A DNA stretch of 37,105 bases, from the NCBI GenBank assembly GCA_903854075.1, contig CAINVI010000005.1:1-37105 (forward strand), in the 5' to 3' direction. The notes below the pieces were generated by a model. That model did not search any database. It was not told where the DNA came from and saw only the letters and a list, made by a program, of their open reading frames with translations. The DNA comes from Candidatus Pollutiaquabacter sp. Its GTDB lineage: Bacteria > Bacteroidota > Bacteroidia > AKYH767-A > 2013-40CM-41-45. Positions within the stretch are counted from its first letter, which is position 1. Each line of letters begins with the position of its first letter. Of the stretch, positions 7,342 to 16,863 are shown piece by piece. The translations under genes were made by a program, and so were the position numbers.

Positions 7342-10300
7342 ATGAAGCAAACTGTGATTACATCTATTGACACTGTTTACCGGGGAATGCCGGTCTACGA
7401 AGAATTATTACGTCGCGTATTGGTTATCGATGGTGCTATGGGTACCATGATTCAGCGGTATAAACTGGAGGAGCAGGATTACCGCGGCGACCGATTTCAG
7501 TCATTTGAAAAACCACTAAAAGGTAACAACGATTTGTTATGCCTTACGCGTCCGGAAATTATCGAAGCGATTCACCGTCAATATCTGGATGCCGGTGCTG
7601 ACATTATTGAAACCAACACCTTCAATGCGCAAAAGATTTCACTGGCCGATTACGGCATGGAACCGTTGGCGTATGAAATAAATGTTGAAGCGGCACGAAT
7701 TGCCCGCAGGGCAGTCGACAGTTACATGAAAGATAATCCGGGCTCAGGTCCGCGTTTCGTAGCCGGTGCTATTGGTCCAACCAATAGAACTGCGTCACTT
7801 TCTCCGGATGTAAACGATCCGGGATACCGTGCTACGACGTTCGACGATCTTGTCGATGCCTATGCAGAACAAGTTCGTGGTTTGATAGATGGCGGCTGTG
7901 ATCTGTTACTCGTGGAAACCATTTTTGATACCCTCAATGCGAAGGCGGCCTTGTTTGCGATAGAGTTGGTATTTGAAGAACGTGCAATTCGTTTGCCGAT
8001 GATGGTGTCAGGTACGATTACCGATGCCAGCGGACGCACGCTCAGCGGTCAAACCGTGGAAGCGTTTCTAATTTCTGTTTCGCATTTGCCGTTGTTGAGT
8101 ATTGGCTTGAATTGTGCACTCGGCGCCAAAGAAATGCGCCCGCATATCGAAGAGCTCTCTCAAAAGTCACCATTCTTTGTAAGCGCCTATCCGAATGCTG
8201 GGTTGCCGAATCAATTCGGTGAATACGATGAGACGCCGCACCATATGGGGCATCAGATAGAAGATTTCCTGAAGAGCGGATTCATTAATATCGTTGGTGG
8301 ATGTTGCGGTACAACACCGGATCATATTGCGCATATCGCACAACTCGCGAAATCCATTCCGCCACGACAAATTCCTGAAGTAGCGCCATGGTTGCGTCTG
8401 AGTGGATTGGAGGCTGTCGTTTATCGCCCGGAATCCAACTTCATGAATATCGGTGAACGTACTAATGTCACCGGTTCGCGGAAGTTTCTGCGACTCATTA
8501 AAGACAATCAATACGAAGAAGCACTGACCATCGCCCGTGATCAGGTTGATGGCGGTGCGCAAGCCATCGATGTGAATATGGACGAAGGAATGCTGGATGC
8601 TTCCTTTGCAATGACACGATTCCTGAACCTGATGGCATCGGAACCGGACATTGCGCGCATTCCGTTGATGATTGACTCGTCCAAGTTTCCTGCTATTGAA
8701 GCGGGATTGAAATGTTCACAAGGGAAAGCGATTGTGAATTCCATTTCTTTAAAAGAAGGTGAAGCTGAGTTTGTTCGTCAGGCCAAATTGATTCGGCGGT
8801 ACGGTGCAGCAGTCATCGTAATGGCGTTCGATGAAAAAGGCCAGGCGGATACGTTGCCACGTCGTATTGAAATTTGTGAACGTGCGTATCGGATTCTTAC
8901 TGAGAAGGTTCACTTTCCTCCGCAAGATATCATCTTCGATCCGAATATTTTTCCGGTCGCTACCGGCATGGATGAGCACCGAAAAAATGCGGTTGACTTT
9001 TTCGAAGCTACTCGATGGATAAAAAATAATTTACCGCACGCTAAGGTCAGCGGAGGCGTAAGTAATGTTTCATTTTCTTTCCGGGGTAACGACACGGTAC
9101 GAGAAGCTATTCATGCCGCGTTCTTATACCATGGAATTCAGGCGGGCATGGACATGGGGATCGTCAACCCCGGACAATTGCAGGTGTACGATGAGATTCC
9201 TAAAGATTTACTCGTCCTCGTTGAAGATGTGTTGCTGGACCGCCGCGATGATGCTACGGAACGGCTGATTGCACATGCGGAAACGCTGAAGGGTGTGGTT
9301 GGAAAGAAGGAGGAGAAAGAAGAAGTATGGCGTAGCGAGACCGTCGAGAAGCGTCTGGCGCATGCGTTAGTAAAAGGCATCACCGATTTCATTGAAATCG
9401 ATTTGGAGGAAGCGCTGACCAAGTATCCCAAGCCATTACACCTGATAGAAGGCCCGTTGATGGACGGTATGAATGTCGTTGGCGATCTTTTCGGAGCCGG
9501 CAAGATGTTTTTACCGCAGGTGGTTAAGAGTGCACGGGTGATGAAGAAGGCGGTAGCGTACCTGGAACCAATGCTGAATGCGGCTGATGGCGGAGTCGTT
9601 CGCGCCAATGCCGGAAAAGTATTGTTGGCTACCGTCAAGGGCGATGTGCATGATATCGGTAAGAACATTGTTGGTGTAGTATTGGCGTGCAACAACTATC
9701 AGGTAATTGATATTGGAGTTATGGTGCCCGCGGAGAAAATCCTGGAAGCTGCACGAAAGGAAAACGTGGATGTCATTGGCCTTAGCGGACTGATTACACC
9801 GTCGTTGGATGAGATGGTGCATGTAGCCAAGGAGTTGGAACGAGAAGGATTCTCGGTTCCTCTACTTATCGGTGGCGCGACTACATCAAAGGTTCATACT
9901 GCTGTAAAAATAGAACCCCATTATTCGCAGCCGGTGATCCACGTGAATGATGCTTCCCGAAGTGTGCCGGTAGTCAGTCAGTTGTTATCCAAAGAGCAGC
10001 GCCGTGAATTTGTGGCCACCACACGTGCCGAGTACGAGCGTGTTCGAGAGTACAACCGTCTTGCCAATTCACCGGATAAATACTTGTCGATCGAAGAAGC
10101 GCGTTCTAAGAGTTTCACGACGGATGAGGATCTGAAAATCGTTGCGCCGAGGGAGCAGGGGATAATGGTGTTTGACGATTATTCGTTGCAAGATATTGCC
10201 GAATATATCGACTGGACTCCGTTTTTTCATGCTTGGGAATTGAAAGGTGTTTATCCAAAAATTCTCGACGATCCTTCTCAAGGCGCTGAAGCCATGAAAT

Positions 10301-11058
10301 TGTTTACTGATGCCAAGGTAATGCTGGATCGTGTCATTGCCGAAAAATGGTTAAAGGCACGTGCAGTAGCAGGTGTTTTCCCCGCCTTGGCTACAGGTGA
10401 TGATATTGAGGTAATGGATGCTACCGGACAACACCCTGTCGCGATGTTTCACACGTTACGGCAACAGACACGCAAGCCGGATAGTCAGCCTAATATTGCG
10501 CTCGCTGACTTTGTGTTGTCCCGTGAAAAAGCTGTAGAAGGTCAAACCGATTATATCGGAGCGTTTGCTGTAACGGCCGGAATCGGTATAGACGCGTGGG
10601 TCGAGAAATTCGAAAAAGATAACGATGATTATTCTGCGATTTTATTGAAAGCGATTGCTGACCGATTAGCAGAAGCATTCGCGGAGTTGTTGCATAAGCG
10701 TGTTCGTCGTGAATTCTGGGGCTATGCAGCGGATGAACAGCTGACAAACAAAGAGCTGATCAAGGAGGAATACCGCGGAATTCGGCCGGCTCCCGGCTAT
10801 CCTGCACAACCTGATCATACGGAAAAGATCACCTTATGGAAATTGTTGGAGGTGGAAAAACATACCGGCATTCAACTGACCGATAGTATGGCCATGTTTC
10901 CTACCGCTTCGGTTAGCGGACTTTATTTCGCGCATCCGGAAGCCCATTACTTTGGATTAGGTCGTATCTCAAAAGATCAAATAACGGATTATGCAAGACG
11001 GAAAGGAATGTCTATACATGAGACCGAACGCTGGTTAGGCTCGGTGTTGGGATATTAA
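7342..11058 (+). CDS. metH: Cobalamin-dependent methionine synthase
   Basis: 1238 aa with all modules in order. These are the homocysteine-binding domain ([19 protein letters not shown]), the pterin-binding domain, the B12 cap and binding domain with DxHxxG ([12 protein letters not shown]) and the C-terminal AdoMet activation domain ([12 protein letters not shown]). Confidence 0.97.
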   Translation: MKQTVITSIDTVYRGMPVYEELLRRVLVIDGAMGTMIQRYKLEEQDYRGDRFQSFEKPLKGNNDLLCLTRPEIIEAIHRQYLDAGADIIETNTFNAQKISLADYGMEPLAYEINVEAARIARRAVDSYMKDNPGSGPRFVAGAIGPTNRTASLSPDVNDPGYRATTFDDLVDAYAEQVRGLIDGGCDLLLVETIFDTLNAKAALFAIELVFEERAIRLPMMVSGTITDASGRTLSGQTVEAFLISVSHLPLLSIGLNCALGAKEMRPHIEELSQKSPFFVSAYPNAGLPNQFGEYDETPHHMGHQIEDFLKSGFINIVGGCCGTTPDHIAHIAQLAKSIPPRQIPEVAPWLRLSGLEAVVYRPESNFMNIGERTNVTGSRKFLRLIKDNQYEEALTIARDQVDGGAQAIDVNMDEGMLDASFAMTRFLNLMASEPDIARIPLMIDSSKFPAIEAGLKCSQGKAIVNSISLKEGEAEFVRQAKLIRRYGAAVIVMAFDEKGQADTLPRRIEICERAYRILTEKVHFPPQDIIFDPNIFPVATGMDEHRKNAVDFFEATRWIKNNLPHAKVSGGVSNVSFSFRGNDTVREAIHAAFLYHGIQAGMDMGIVNPGQLQVYDEIPKDLLVLVEDVLLDRRDDATERLIAHAETLKGVVGKKEEKEEVWRSETVEKRLAHALVKGITDFIEIDLEEALTKYPKPLHLIEGPLMDGMNVVGDLFGAGKMFLPQVVKSARVMKKAVAYLEPMLNAADGGVVRANAGKVLLATVKGDVHDIGKNIVGVVLACNNYQVIDIGVMVPAEKILEAARKENVDVIGLSGLITPSLDEMVHVAKELEREGFSVPLLIGGATTSKVHTAVKIEPHYSQPVIHVNDASRSVPVVSQLLSKEQRREFVATTRAEYERVREYNRLANSPDKYLSIEEARSKSFTTDEDLKIVAPREQGIMVFDDYSLQDIAEYIDWTPFFHAWELKGVYPKILDDPSQGAEAMKLFTDAKVMLDRVIAEKWLKARAVAGVFPALATGDDIEVMDATGQHPVAMFHTLRQQTRKPDSQPNIALADFVLSREKAVEGQTDYIGAFAVTAGIGIDAWVEKFEKDNDDYSAILLKAIADRLAEAFAELLHKRVRREFWGYAADEQLTNKELIKEEYRGIRPAPGYPAQPDHTEKITLWKLLEVEKHTGIQLTDSMAMFPTASVSGLYFAHPEAHYFGLGRISKDQITDYARRKGMSIHETERWLGSVLGY

Positions 11059-11107
11059 TTCTTCAGCAACGCTTGTTTGATTTTATTGAATTAAGTAATT
11101 TAAACGT

Positions 11108-11836
11108 ATGAAGTCTCTGCTGCTTTTTGGTTTTTCATGTTTGATGATGCTATCATCCTGTAGGAAAGACGAAGTGTGCGGAAATTGTGGTCCCCAATCA
11201 GTTGGTTTTGTGCTAGCGGGCGACAGTGCCTCGGTATATGGTGTGTACACCCGCTTTCAACCTATGCTTGAGATTATTGCGCCGTGGCACTCTGGCGCTT
11301 CTGCTGATGTTGATCTGAATGATGATGGCGTTATCGATATTACGATTGCTACTGCATGGATGATCTCGCCCGGCGGATTAAATGCTCGCCAGGCATCACT
11401 GAGTACATTAAATGATGGTGTCAAGTTCCGCTATAGTTGGTGGGCGGACACTACAATTTCATGGTATGTTACCACGCCCTTCGGAGGCATTACTTATTAT
11501 GAGAATTATAATAATGCCACCAGTTATCCTTCCAATGCAGTGATGTATCCTCTCGTTGATTCTGCTATTGCTCGCTTATCCTTTGCAGATACCATAGCCG
11601 TGTCACACGGCGATTGGCTTTCCGGTAATTTTTCCTTGGCACAATCCAATTTCACGTCGAATGGCACGACCTCCAGTTCTGTCGTGTTAGGTAATTTTAG
11701 CAATTCCACACCAGCTTATGTAGCATTCAAGGTGGAGCTTGCTGATCGTGTCGATTATGGCTGGCTGGAAATGTATGTTACTAATTGTTCCGAGGTGCAT
11801 ATTACGCGCAAAATGATCTTCAGGGCGAACCTGTAG
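11108..11836 (+). CDS. Hypothetical lipoprotein
   Basis: Signal peptide with a lipobox-like LSSC. I recognise no family motif. It contains several D-[ST]-[AILVMT] triplets (DSA, DTT, DTI, DSA), the pattern of the Bacteroidota general O-glycosylation motif. Confidence 0.55.
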   Translation: MKSLLLFGFSCLMMLSSCRKDEVCGNCGPQSVGFVLAGDSASVYGVYTRFQPMLEIIAPWHSGASADVDLNDDGVIDITIATAWMISPGGLNARQASLSTLNDGVKFRYSWWADTTISWYVTTPFGGITYYENYNNATSYPSNAVMYPLVDSAIARLSFADTIAVSHGDWLSGNFSLAQSNFTSNGTTSSSVVLGNFSNSTPAYVAFKVELADRVDYGWLEMYVTNCSEVHITRKMIFRANL

Positions 11837-12024
11837 TCTTGAAATTTTCTGAGCATCATTTTTTTTGGTTTTAGTAGAAATACTAATCACTTTTCTTGCT
11901 TAAAATAACTGAATTAAAATTCACTGCAGTTTACCTTTCCATAGTACTTTGTCGTTATTGCTGATAAATCAATTTTGACGTAAACAGCACTTGATGACGC
12001 TAAAAAGAAGTACTGTTTCAAGGA

Positions 12025-12426
12025 ATGGCTCACGCCTTAAATAAGGTATGGATACATACCGTTTGGACTACGAAACACAGATCACCCGTTTTAAAACAGG
12101 AGATAGAGGAGGATTTATATAGGTTTATCAAGGTGCAGTTCGAAGAGCTGGATTGTCCTGCGCGTATTGTTAATGGGATGCCTGATCATATTCATTGTCT
12201 ATTTATGTTGCATCCTACAAGATCAATAGCTGAAGTGATCAAGCAAGTAAAGGGGAGTTCTTCACGATACATCAATACCGAAAATTTGGTGGCCGGAGGG
12301 TTTTCTTGGCAGGTTGGTTATGGTGCATTTTCGGTATCATACGGTATTTTAGACAAGATCTATTATTATATAAGGAATCAGAAGAAGCATCATGCTGCTA
12401 ATCGTAAGGATCCAATCGAATGGTAA
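12025..12426 (+). CDS. IS200-like Y1 (HUH) transposase, REP-associated tyrosine transposase (RayT)-like
   Basis: 133 aa. HUH motif in MPDHIHCLFML, IKQVKGSSSRYIN, SWQVGYGAFSVS, and the catalytic Tyr context YYYIRNQKKHH. There is no tnpB partner and I saw no second end. REP-like palindromes lie immediately 3'. Confidence 0.85.
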   Translation: MAHALNKVWIHTVWTTKHRSPVLKQEIEEDLYRFIKVQFEELDCPARIVNGMPDHIHCLFMLHPTRSIAEVIKQVKGSSSRYINTENLVAGGFSWQVGYGAFSVSYGILDKIYYYIRNQKKHHAANRKDPIEW

Positions 12427-12428
12427 GT

Positions 12429-12550
12429 AAGCCACGAAACTCCCAGCAAGCCACGAAACTCCCAGCCAGCCACGAATTAATTCGTGGCTGGCCAGCACTA
12501 CCCAGCATACCACGAAACTCCCAGCAATTCGCGATTTAATTCGTGGATTG
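12429..12550. repeat. REP-like repeat and palindrome cluster
   Basis: There is a perfect tandem 19-mer AAGCCACGAAACTCCCAGC at 12429-12447 and 12448-12466, and a third copy of the 16-nt core at 12510-12525. A perfect 28-nt palindrome GCCAGCCACGAATTAATTCGTGGCTGGC spans 12465-12492. An imperfect palindrome CAATTCGCGAT..ATTCGTGGATTG spans 12525-12550. The CCACGAA/TTCGTGG heptamer occurs 6 times in 120 nt. Confidence 0.75.
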
Positions 12551-12611
12551 CCAATAACCATGTAAACCTTTACCTCCTTATCTTCGTGTTACCTATCAAA
12601 TAACCATAACC

Positions 12612-14699
12612 ATGAAAAAACTATTACTTGTACTGTTCATGCTGATCGCCGTTGGTCGAATTTCGGCTCAAAACTGCGCTTTTACAGCTTATTCCAATCC
12701 CAGCGGTGTGACACTGTATGCGGATACTAACTTAAGCCCTTCTAATACGAACTATCTGTGGACCTTTTCCAATGGATTGACGGCCACCGGCTTTAATCCG
12801 ACCGTTGCCCTGGCTCCGGGCGCCTATTCCGTTTGTATTGACTACGTCAACGGCGCACTCGGCACTACCATTTGTTCCTACTGTGACTCTATTTATGTTG
12901 GCGGCGGAACAACCTGCAATTTTATGATCATGTCCACGCCGGGTTCTAACCTGGTTGACTTTCACGTTACCGTTCCTGCCGGACAAATGGCACAATGGAG
13001 CTTCGGTGACGGTACTAATGGTACAGGCTCTACGCCTTGGCATAATTATGCCAGCCCCGGCACATATCAGGTGTGCGTTCAACTGATTGATATGGTTTCC
13101 CAGGTGGTTACCTGCACCTCTTGTCAGACCCTCACCTTGCCGCCAGCCAGCAATAACTGCAACTTCAACGCGGTTCCCGATTCTATGAATGGTTTGACCT
13201 ATTATTTCTATGCATCGCCTGCTTATCAGGGCTCTACCATTTCATGGACCTTTGGCGATAATACTTCCGGCGTAGGGTCATTTGTTTCTCATACGTATGC
13301 TTATAATGGTGTATTTGTAGCTTGCATGAATGAGACCGACAGCGCTGGAGTTCTATTGTGCTCTTCTTGTGTAAGCATGTATGTGGATTCAGTAGGGAAT
13401 TGCGGTATCAACGCAGTGAATCTTCAAGGCTCCACGTATTCCTTCAGTGTGCCAAGTCCGGTGATGAACGGAAATCTTGTTTCTTGGGATTTTGGTGACG
13501 GAACTACAGGAACAGGCAGCACAGCGTATCACTCCTACACTACTTCAGGTATCTTCAACGTTTGTGTGACCATAACGGATTCTACCGGATGGCAAATCTG
13601 CTCCAACTGTACAACTGTTGTCGACTCCTTCAACACTTTCAATTGTAATATTTTGTTCTCGCCTATGGGACAAAATACATTTTTGTTTTCGGTGCCATCG
13701 AACCCTTCAGCGTCAGGTTATGTTTGGGATTTCGGTGATGGAACTACAGGATCCGGTAATAATGTACAACATACATACGCGGCCCCAGGCGTTTATAACG
13801 TAACGGTGAATGTCACCGGTCTTGGTATGATATTATGCACATCAATTGTGACAGTTGCCGTATCAAATCCAGGTCCGACATGCAGTGCTTATTTCATGTC
13901 CAGTGTTCAGGCGATGGATGCCTATTTCGTTGATCTTTCAACAGGAACCTCTCCGAGTACCAGCTATTCCTGGGATTTCGGCGACGGTTCTCCGATTTCC
14001 ACACTTCGTTTTCCGCAGCATACCTACCCACAACCCGGTTTCTACATGGTGTGCCTGACGATCAGCGACGGATTGTGTGTCGATACGTTCTGCTCCATGG
14101 TGCAAGCTGACACAGCATTGATTATTAATCCGGGCTGTCAGGCATACTTTGCCACCGTGCAGTTGGCTCCTTACCAGTTGGCCGTTATCAATTTCAGTAA
14201 TGGAATGAACCTGAACTTCGCCTGGGATTTTGGCGATGGCAGTACTTCTAACCAAGCTTACCCAAGTCATCAGTATGCCAACACAGGTTCGTATAACTTA
14301 TGTCTGACGGTTTCCGATATGAACGGTTGTACGGACACGTATTGTGATACGATTTCCGTTGATTCGATGGGGTACATCTTCCGTTCACTGCCTGGATTTA
14401 CCATTTCGGTGTTGTCTCCTTCGATGTTGTCGGCCGGCATCAACGACGATATTCGTCCGCTGCGATTCACGGCATATCCAAATCCGGTAAATGATCTCCT
14501 TACGCTGGAGCGTGATGTAAATGCCAATGGAACGGCAAATTATCGCATCATCAACCTGCAAGGTGCAGTGGTGCTTAACGGAACTATCGATGCGAGCATT
14601 GCCACGCTCTCCTTAGGCACATTAGCACAGGGCGCCTACCTGCTTGAAGTGGTGGAGTCTAATGGTTACCGCAGTTACCGAAATCTGATTAAGTACTAA
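12612..14699 (+). CDS. Secreted PKD-repeat protein with a T9SS C-terminal sorting domain
   Basis: Signal peptide MKKLLLVLFMLIAVGRISAQ. Seven PKD-like modules each carry W-x-F-G-D-G and Cys pairs (WSFGDGTNGTG, WDFGDGTTGTG and so on). The C-terminus YPNPVNDLLTLE...YRIINLQGAVV...GAYLLEVVESNGYRSYRNLIKY is typical of type A T9SS sorting domains. Confidence 0.85.
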   Translation: MKKLLLVLFMLIAVGRISAQNCAFTAYSNPSGVTLYADTNLSPSNTNYLWTFSNGLTATGFNPTVALAPGAYSVCIDYVNGALGTTICSYCDSIYVGGGTTCNFMIMSTPGSNLVDFHVTVPAGQMAQWSFGDGTNGTGSTPWHNYASPGTYQVCVQLIDMVSQVVTCTSCQTLTLPPASNNCNFNAVPDSMNGLTYYFYASPAYQGSTISWTFGDNTSGVGSFVSHTYAYNGVFVACMNETDSAGVLLCSSCVSMYVDSVGNCGINAVNLQGSTYSFSVPSPVMNGNLVSWDFGDGTTGTGSTAYHSYTTSGIFNVCVTITDSTGWQICSNCTTVVDSFNTFNCNILFSPMGQNTFLFSVPSNPSASGYVWDFGDGTTGSGNNVQHTYAAPGVYNVTVNVTGLGMILCTSIVTVAVSNPGPTCSAYFMSSVQAMDAYFVDLSTGTSPSTSYSWDFGDGSPISTLRFPQHTYPQPGFYMVCLTISDGLCVDTFCSMVQADTALIINPGCQAYFATVQLAPYQLAVINFSNGMNLNFAWDFGDGSTSNQAYPSHQYANTGSYNLCLTVSDMNGCTDTYCDTISVDSMGYIFRSLPGFTISVLSPSMLSAGINDDIRPLRFTAYPNPVNDLLTLERDVNANGTANYRIINLQGAVVLNGTIDASIATLSLGTLAQGAYLLEVVESNGYRSYRNLIKY

Positions 14700-14725
14700 T
14701 TTCCTGTTTCTGTTTGTGGTTGGAG

Positions 14726-14754
14726 AGCAGGAGATTATCTCCTGCTTTCTTTTA
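14726..14754 (+). terminator. Intrinsic terminator after the PKD gene
   Basis: A 9-bp stem AGCAGGAGA-TTA-TCTCCTGCT followed by TTCTTTTAT. Confidence 0.6.
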
Positions 14755-14767
14755 TCCCCACATTGCC

Positions 14768-15355
14768 ATGCAACCAACGGAAGAATTATTGCAGCGTTGC
14801 TGTAAAGATGATCGAAGAGCTCACCTGGAACTTTACCGGATGAGCTTTTCGTTTATTTTTTCCGTATGTCGCAGGTACCATCATAATAAAGACGATGTGG
14901 AGGCGGCATTGAATGCCGTTTTTTTCAAAGTCATTGTTGGAATGCGCAGCTACCTCAAAAAAGATAAAAAAGTGCCTTTTGATTTATGGGTTCGTCGTAT
15001 CGCCTTGAATCATATCACCGACGAATATCGAAAAAATAAAAAGTACCGCGATTTACTCGATCAGTCTGTTTCTGCAGATCAATTTGCTGAAACGGTTTTT
15101 GATAACAGTGATTTCTCGGTAGCAGACGAGGATACTGTACTTCGGGCAATCGATAAGCTTCCGGCAATGGGCAAAGCGGTATTTAATCTGCACATCGTCG
15201 AAGGCTTCAAGCACGAGGAAATCGCTGCATTACTTGATATTTCTCCGAATACTTCTAAAGTGCATCTGCATCGGGCCAAAAAACAGCTGCAGGAAATCCT
15301 GCGACCTACTCCTAAAAAAAATCTAATTGTTTCTAATGATGAAACCAATGGATAA
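14768..15355 (+). CDS. ECF-type RNA polymerase sigma-70 family factor
   Basis: Region 2 (FDLWVRRIALNHITDEYRK) and region 4 HTH (FNLHIVEGFKHEEIAALLDISPNTSKVHLHRAKKQL). The start is set at ATG 14768 because the 14714 call would run through the upstream terminator hairpin. Confidence 0.85.
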   Translation: MQPTEELLQRCCKDDRRAHLELYRMSFSFIFSVCRRYHHNKDDVEAALNAVFFKVIVGMRSYLKKDKKVPFDLWVRRIALNHITDEYRKNKKYRDLLDQSVSADQFAETVFDNSDFSVADEDTVLRAIDKLPAMGKAVFNLHIVEGFKHEEIAALLDISPNTSKVHLHRAKKQLQEILRPTPKKNLIVSNDETNG

Positions 15356-16832
15356 TAATTTTCAACTCGACCCTGAAAAATCCTGGTCGAAATTAGAGCC
15401 GCAACTGGAAGGGCATTTCCGGGAAAAACGGAAACGCCGATTTGTTTGGTTGTTTTTTTTCGGATTGTTTATCGTCGTTTCGGGCGGGATCGCTTACTAT
15501 ACCACTACGCCTGAGGCTGTGAAGAAAATGGAAGTGATTCAGGAGGAAACGCAGCCTTTCGCGTTGCCCGCAACTGCAGCAAGAGAGAAATCAACCGTAA
15601 AATCTTCCGCCAATATACTTGTTACCACTCCTCAGGCAGCACTTTCCATTCCTGCGCGAAGCGCCGATCCAATCACACTTGATCGGAAAGCTAGTACGAA
15701 AAAAGCGGTTGCAACAGCTGCCAATGGAAGTGCCGCGGCACGCGTTGAGCATGAAAATATTGATAACGACCAGGTGGTTACAAGTACTTCGCTCCCAATT
15801 CCGCCGCTTGCGTCGCTTACGTTGGAGCCGGTAATAGCGCCTGCCGTTGCCTTGACCGATCAGGCTCAGAAAGAAGTGCAAGCCACGAAGACAGACGCCG
15901 GGGAAGCAGAGGCTTCAAAAAATAAATCAGCGTCAGAATCTGCAGCGGCGGATTCAACCAGAAGTATAACCACTGTCGTCGATTCGATTGCTCCTACAGC
16001 GACGTTAGTGACGTCTACTGACACGTTTACAACAAAAATAATTCCGCTCCTCCTACATCCGGAACGTAAATGGTATGTTGGTGTATATGGCGGTGCTTTC
16101 CAGGTTTCAAAGAGCTTACAAGCGCCCTATTCGGATTGGGTAGATCGTCGATTAGACGAAGAAGATAATTCGTTGGGTAATGCTTGGGGAGTTTCTGTTG
16201 CAACTTCGCGATCGTCCTGGACCTTTGGTGCAGGATTCGAATATGCGCGTTACGGCGAGCAGACGCGTTATTCTCCGTTCAGCTATCAGGAAGTGACCCA
16301 AGACAGTTTGCTGTGGAGTTATATCTACGATGCCACTGATACTTTTTATGTCAGCGGTAACCAAATTTTTCTCCGGGATCTAACGCCTAACTTGATTGAC
16401 AGTAATTCAACGACAGTGACAGATACCGTTGTGCAATTCACCACTGATGGATCCATTGCTGCTCGCAACGGAAAGGTCTACTGGAGCTATGTGGAGATCC
16501 CAATTTCGGTGGGGTATGCTTGGCGAAAGGGAAAGTGGAACTTCGGTGTTCAAGGTGCGGTTGTTCCGGCACTGCTTCAGCGATCCTCGGGATACTATTT
16601 ATCCACGGATGAAACAGGAGTGCTTGCTGCTGATAGAATAGCTGCCGTAAGCCGTTTTGTAATTGGTGCGCGGCTGGGTTTGAGTTTCGAATATGCGATC
16701 AATAATCGCTGGATGTTGCATGTTGATCCGCAATGGCGTCGACAATTGACTTCGGTCTACGGCGACGAAAATATCGATCAACGGTACACAGCGATAGGAG
16801 CAACAATGGGAGTACGCGTGCTGCTGAAATAG
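15336..16832 (+). CDS. Anti-sigma-like membrane protein with a C-terminal outer-membrane beta-barrel-like domain
   Basis: Overlaps the sigma gene by 20 nt (ATGATG at 15336). It has a short N-terminal segment with SWSKLEPQLE and one TM helix (FVWLFFFGLFIVVSGGIAYY). An Ala/Thr/Ser-rich linker of about 200 aa follows. The last ~250 aa show alternating-hydrophobic strands (YVGVYGG, GAGFEYARY, GARLGLSFEYAI, IGATMGVRVLLK), as in OMP beta-barrel/PorT-like proteins. Confidence 0.6.
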   Translation: MMKPMDNNFQLDPEKSWSKLEPQLEGHFREKRKRRFVWLFFFGLFIVVSGGIAYYTTTPEAVKKMEVIQEETQPFALPATAAREKSTVKSSANILVTTPQAALSIPARSADPITLDRKASTKKAVATAANGSAAARVEHENIDNDQVVTSTSLPIPPLASLTLEPVIAPAVALTDQAQKEVQATKTDAGEAEASKNKSASESAAADSTRSITTVVDSIAPTATLVTSTDTFTTKIIPLLLHPERKWYVGVYGGAFQVSKSLQAPYSDWVDRRLDEEDNSLGNAWGVSVATSRSSWTFGAGFEYARYGEQTRYSPFSYQEVTQDSLLWSYIYDATDTFYVSGNQIFLRDLTPNLIDSNSTTVTDTVVQFTTDGSIAARNGKVYWSYVEIPISVGYAWRKGKWNFGVQGAVVPALLQRSSGYYLSTDETGVLAADRIAAVSRFVIGARLGLSFEYAINNRWMLHVDPQWRRQLTSVYGDENIDQRYTAIGATMGVRVLLK

Positions 16833-16863
16833 CCGGCCCGGGGACCTTTTTTAGTTAATAGCC

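Noticed and set aside
8167-9695. Antisense ORFs of 131, 67, 76, 61 and 185 aa inside metH, and similar ones inside the coxIII, PKD, SCO and DUF255 genes
   Set aside because: All are embedded in strongly supported genes on the opposite strand and show low-complexity, motif-free translations.
12429-12550. A possible miniature CRISPR array
   Set aside because: The repeat units are directly adjacent with no spacers, there are only 2-3 copies, palindromes are mixed with direct repeats, and no cas genes or leader are present. The cluster fits REP/BIME-like organisation next to a Y1 transposase instead.
15600-16050. Possible tandem DNA repeats or a variable region in the Ala/Thr/Ser-rich linker of the anti-sigma-like protein
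   Set aside because: I could not find repeated nucleotide units by eye. The bias is compositional, consistent with a disordered linker. There is no reverse transcriptase or template repeat that would suggest a diversity-generating retroelement.
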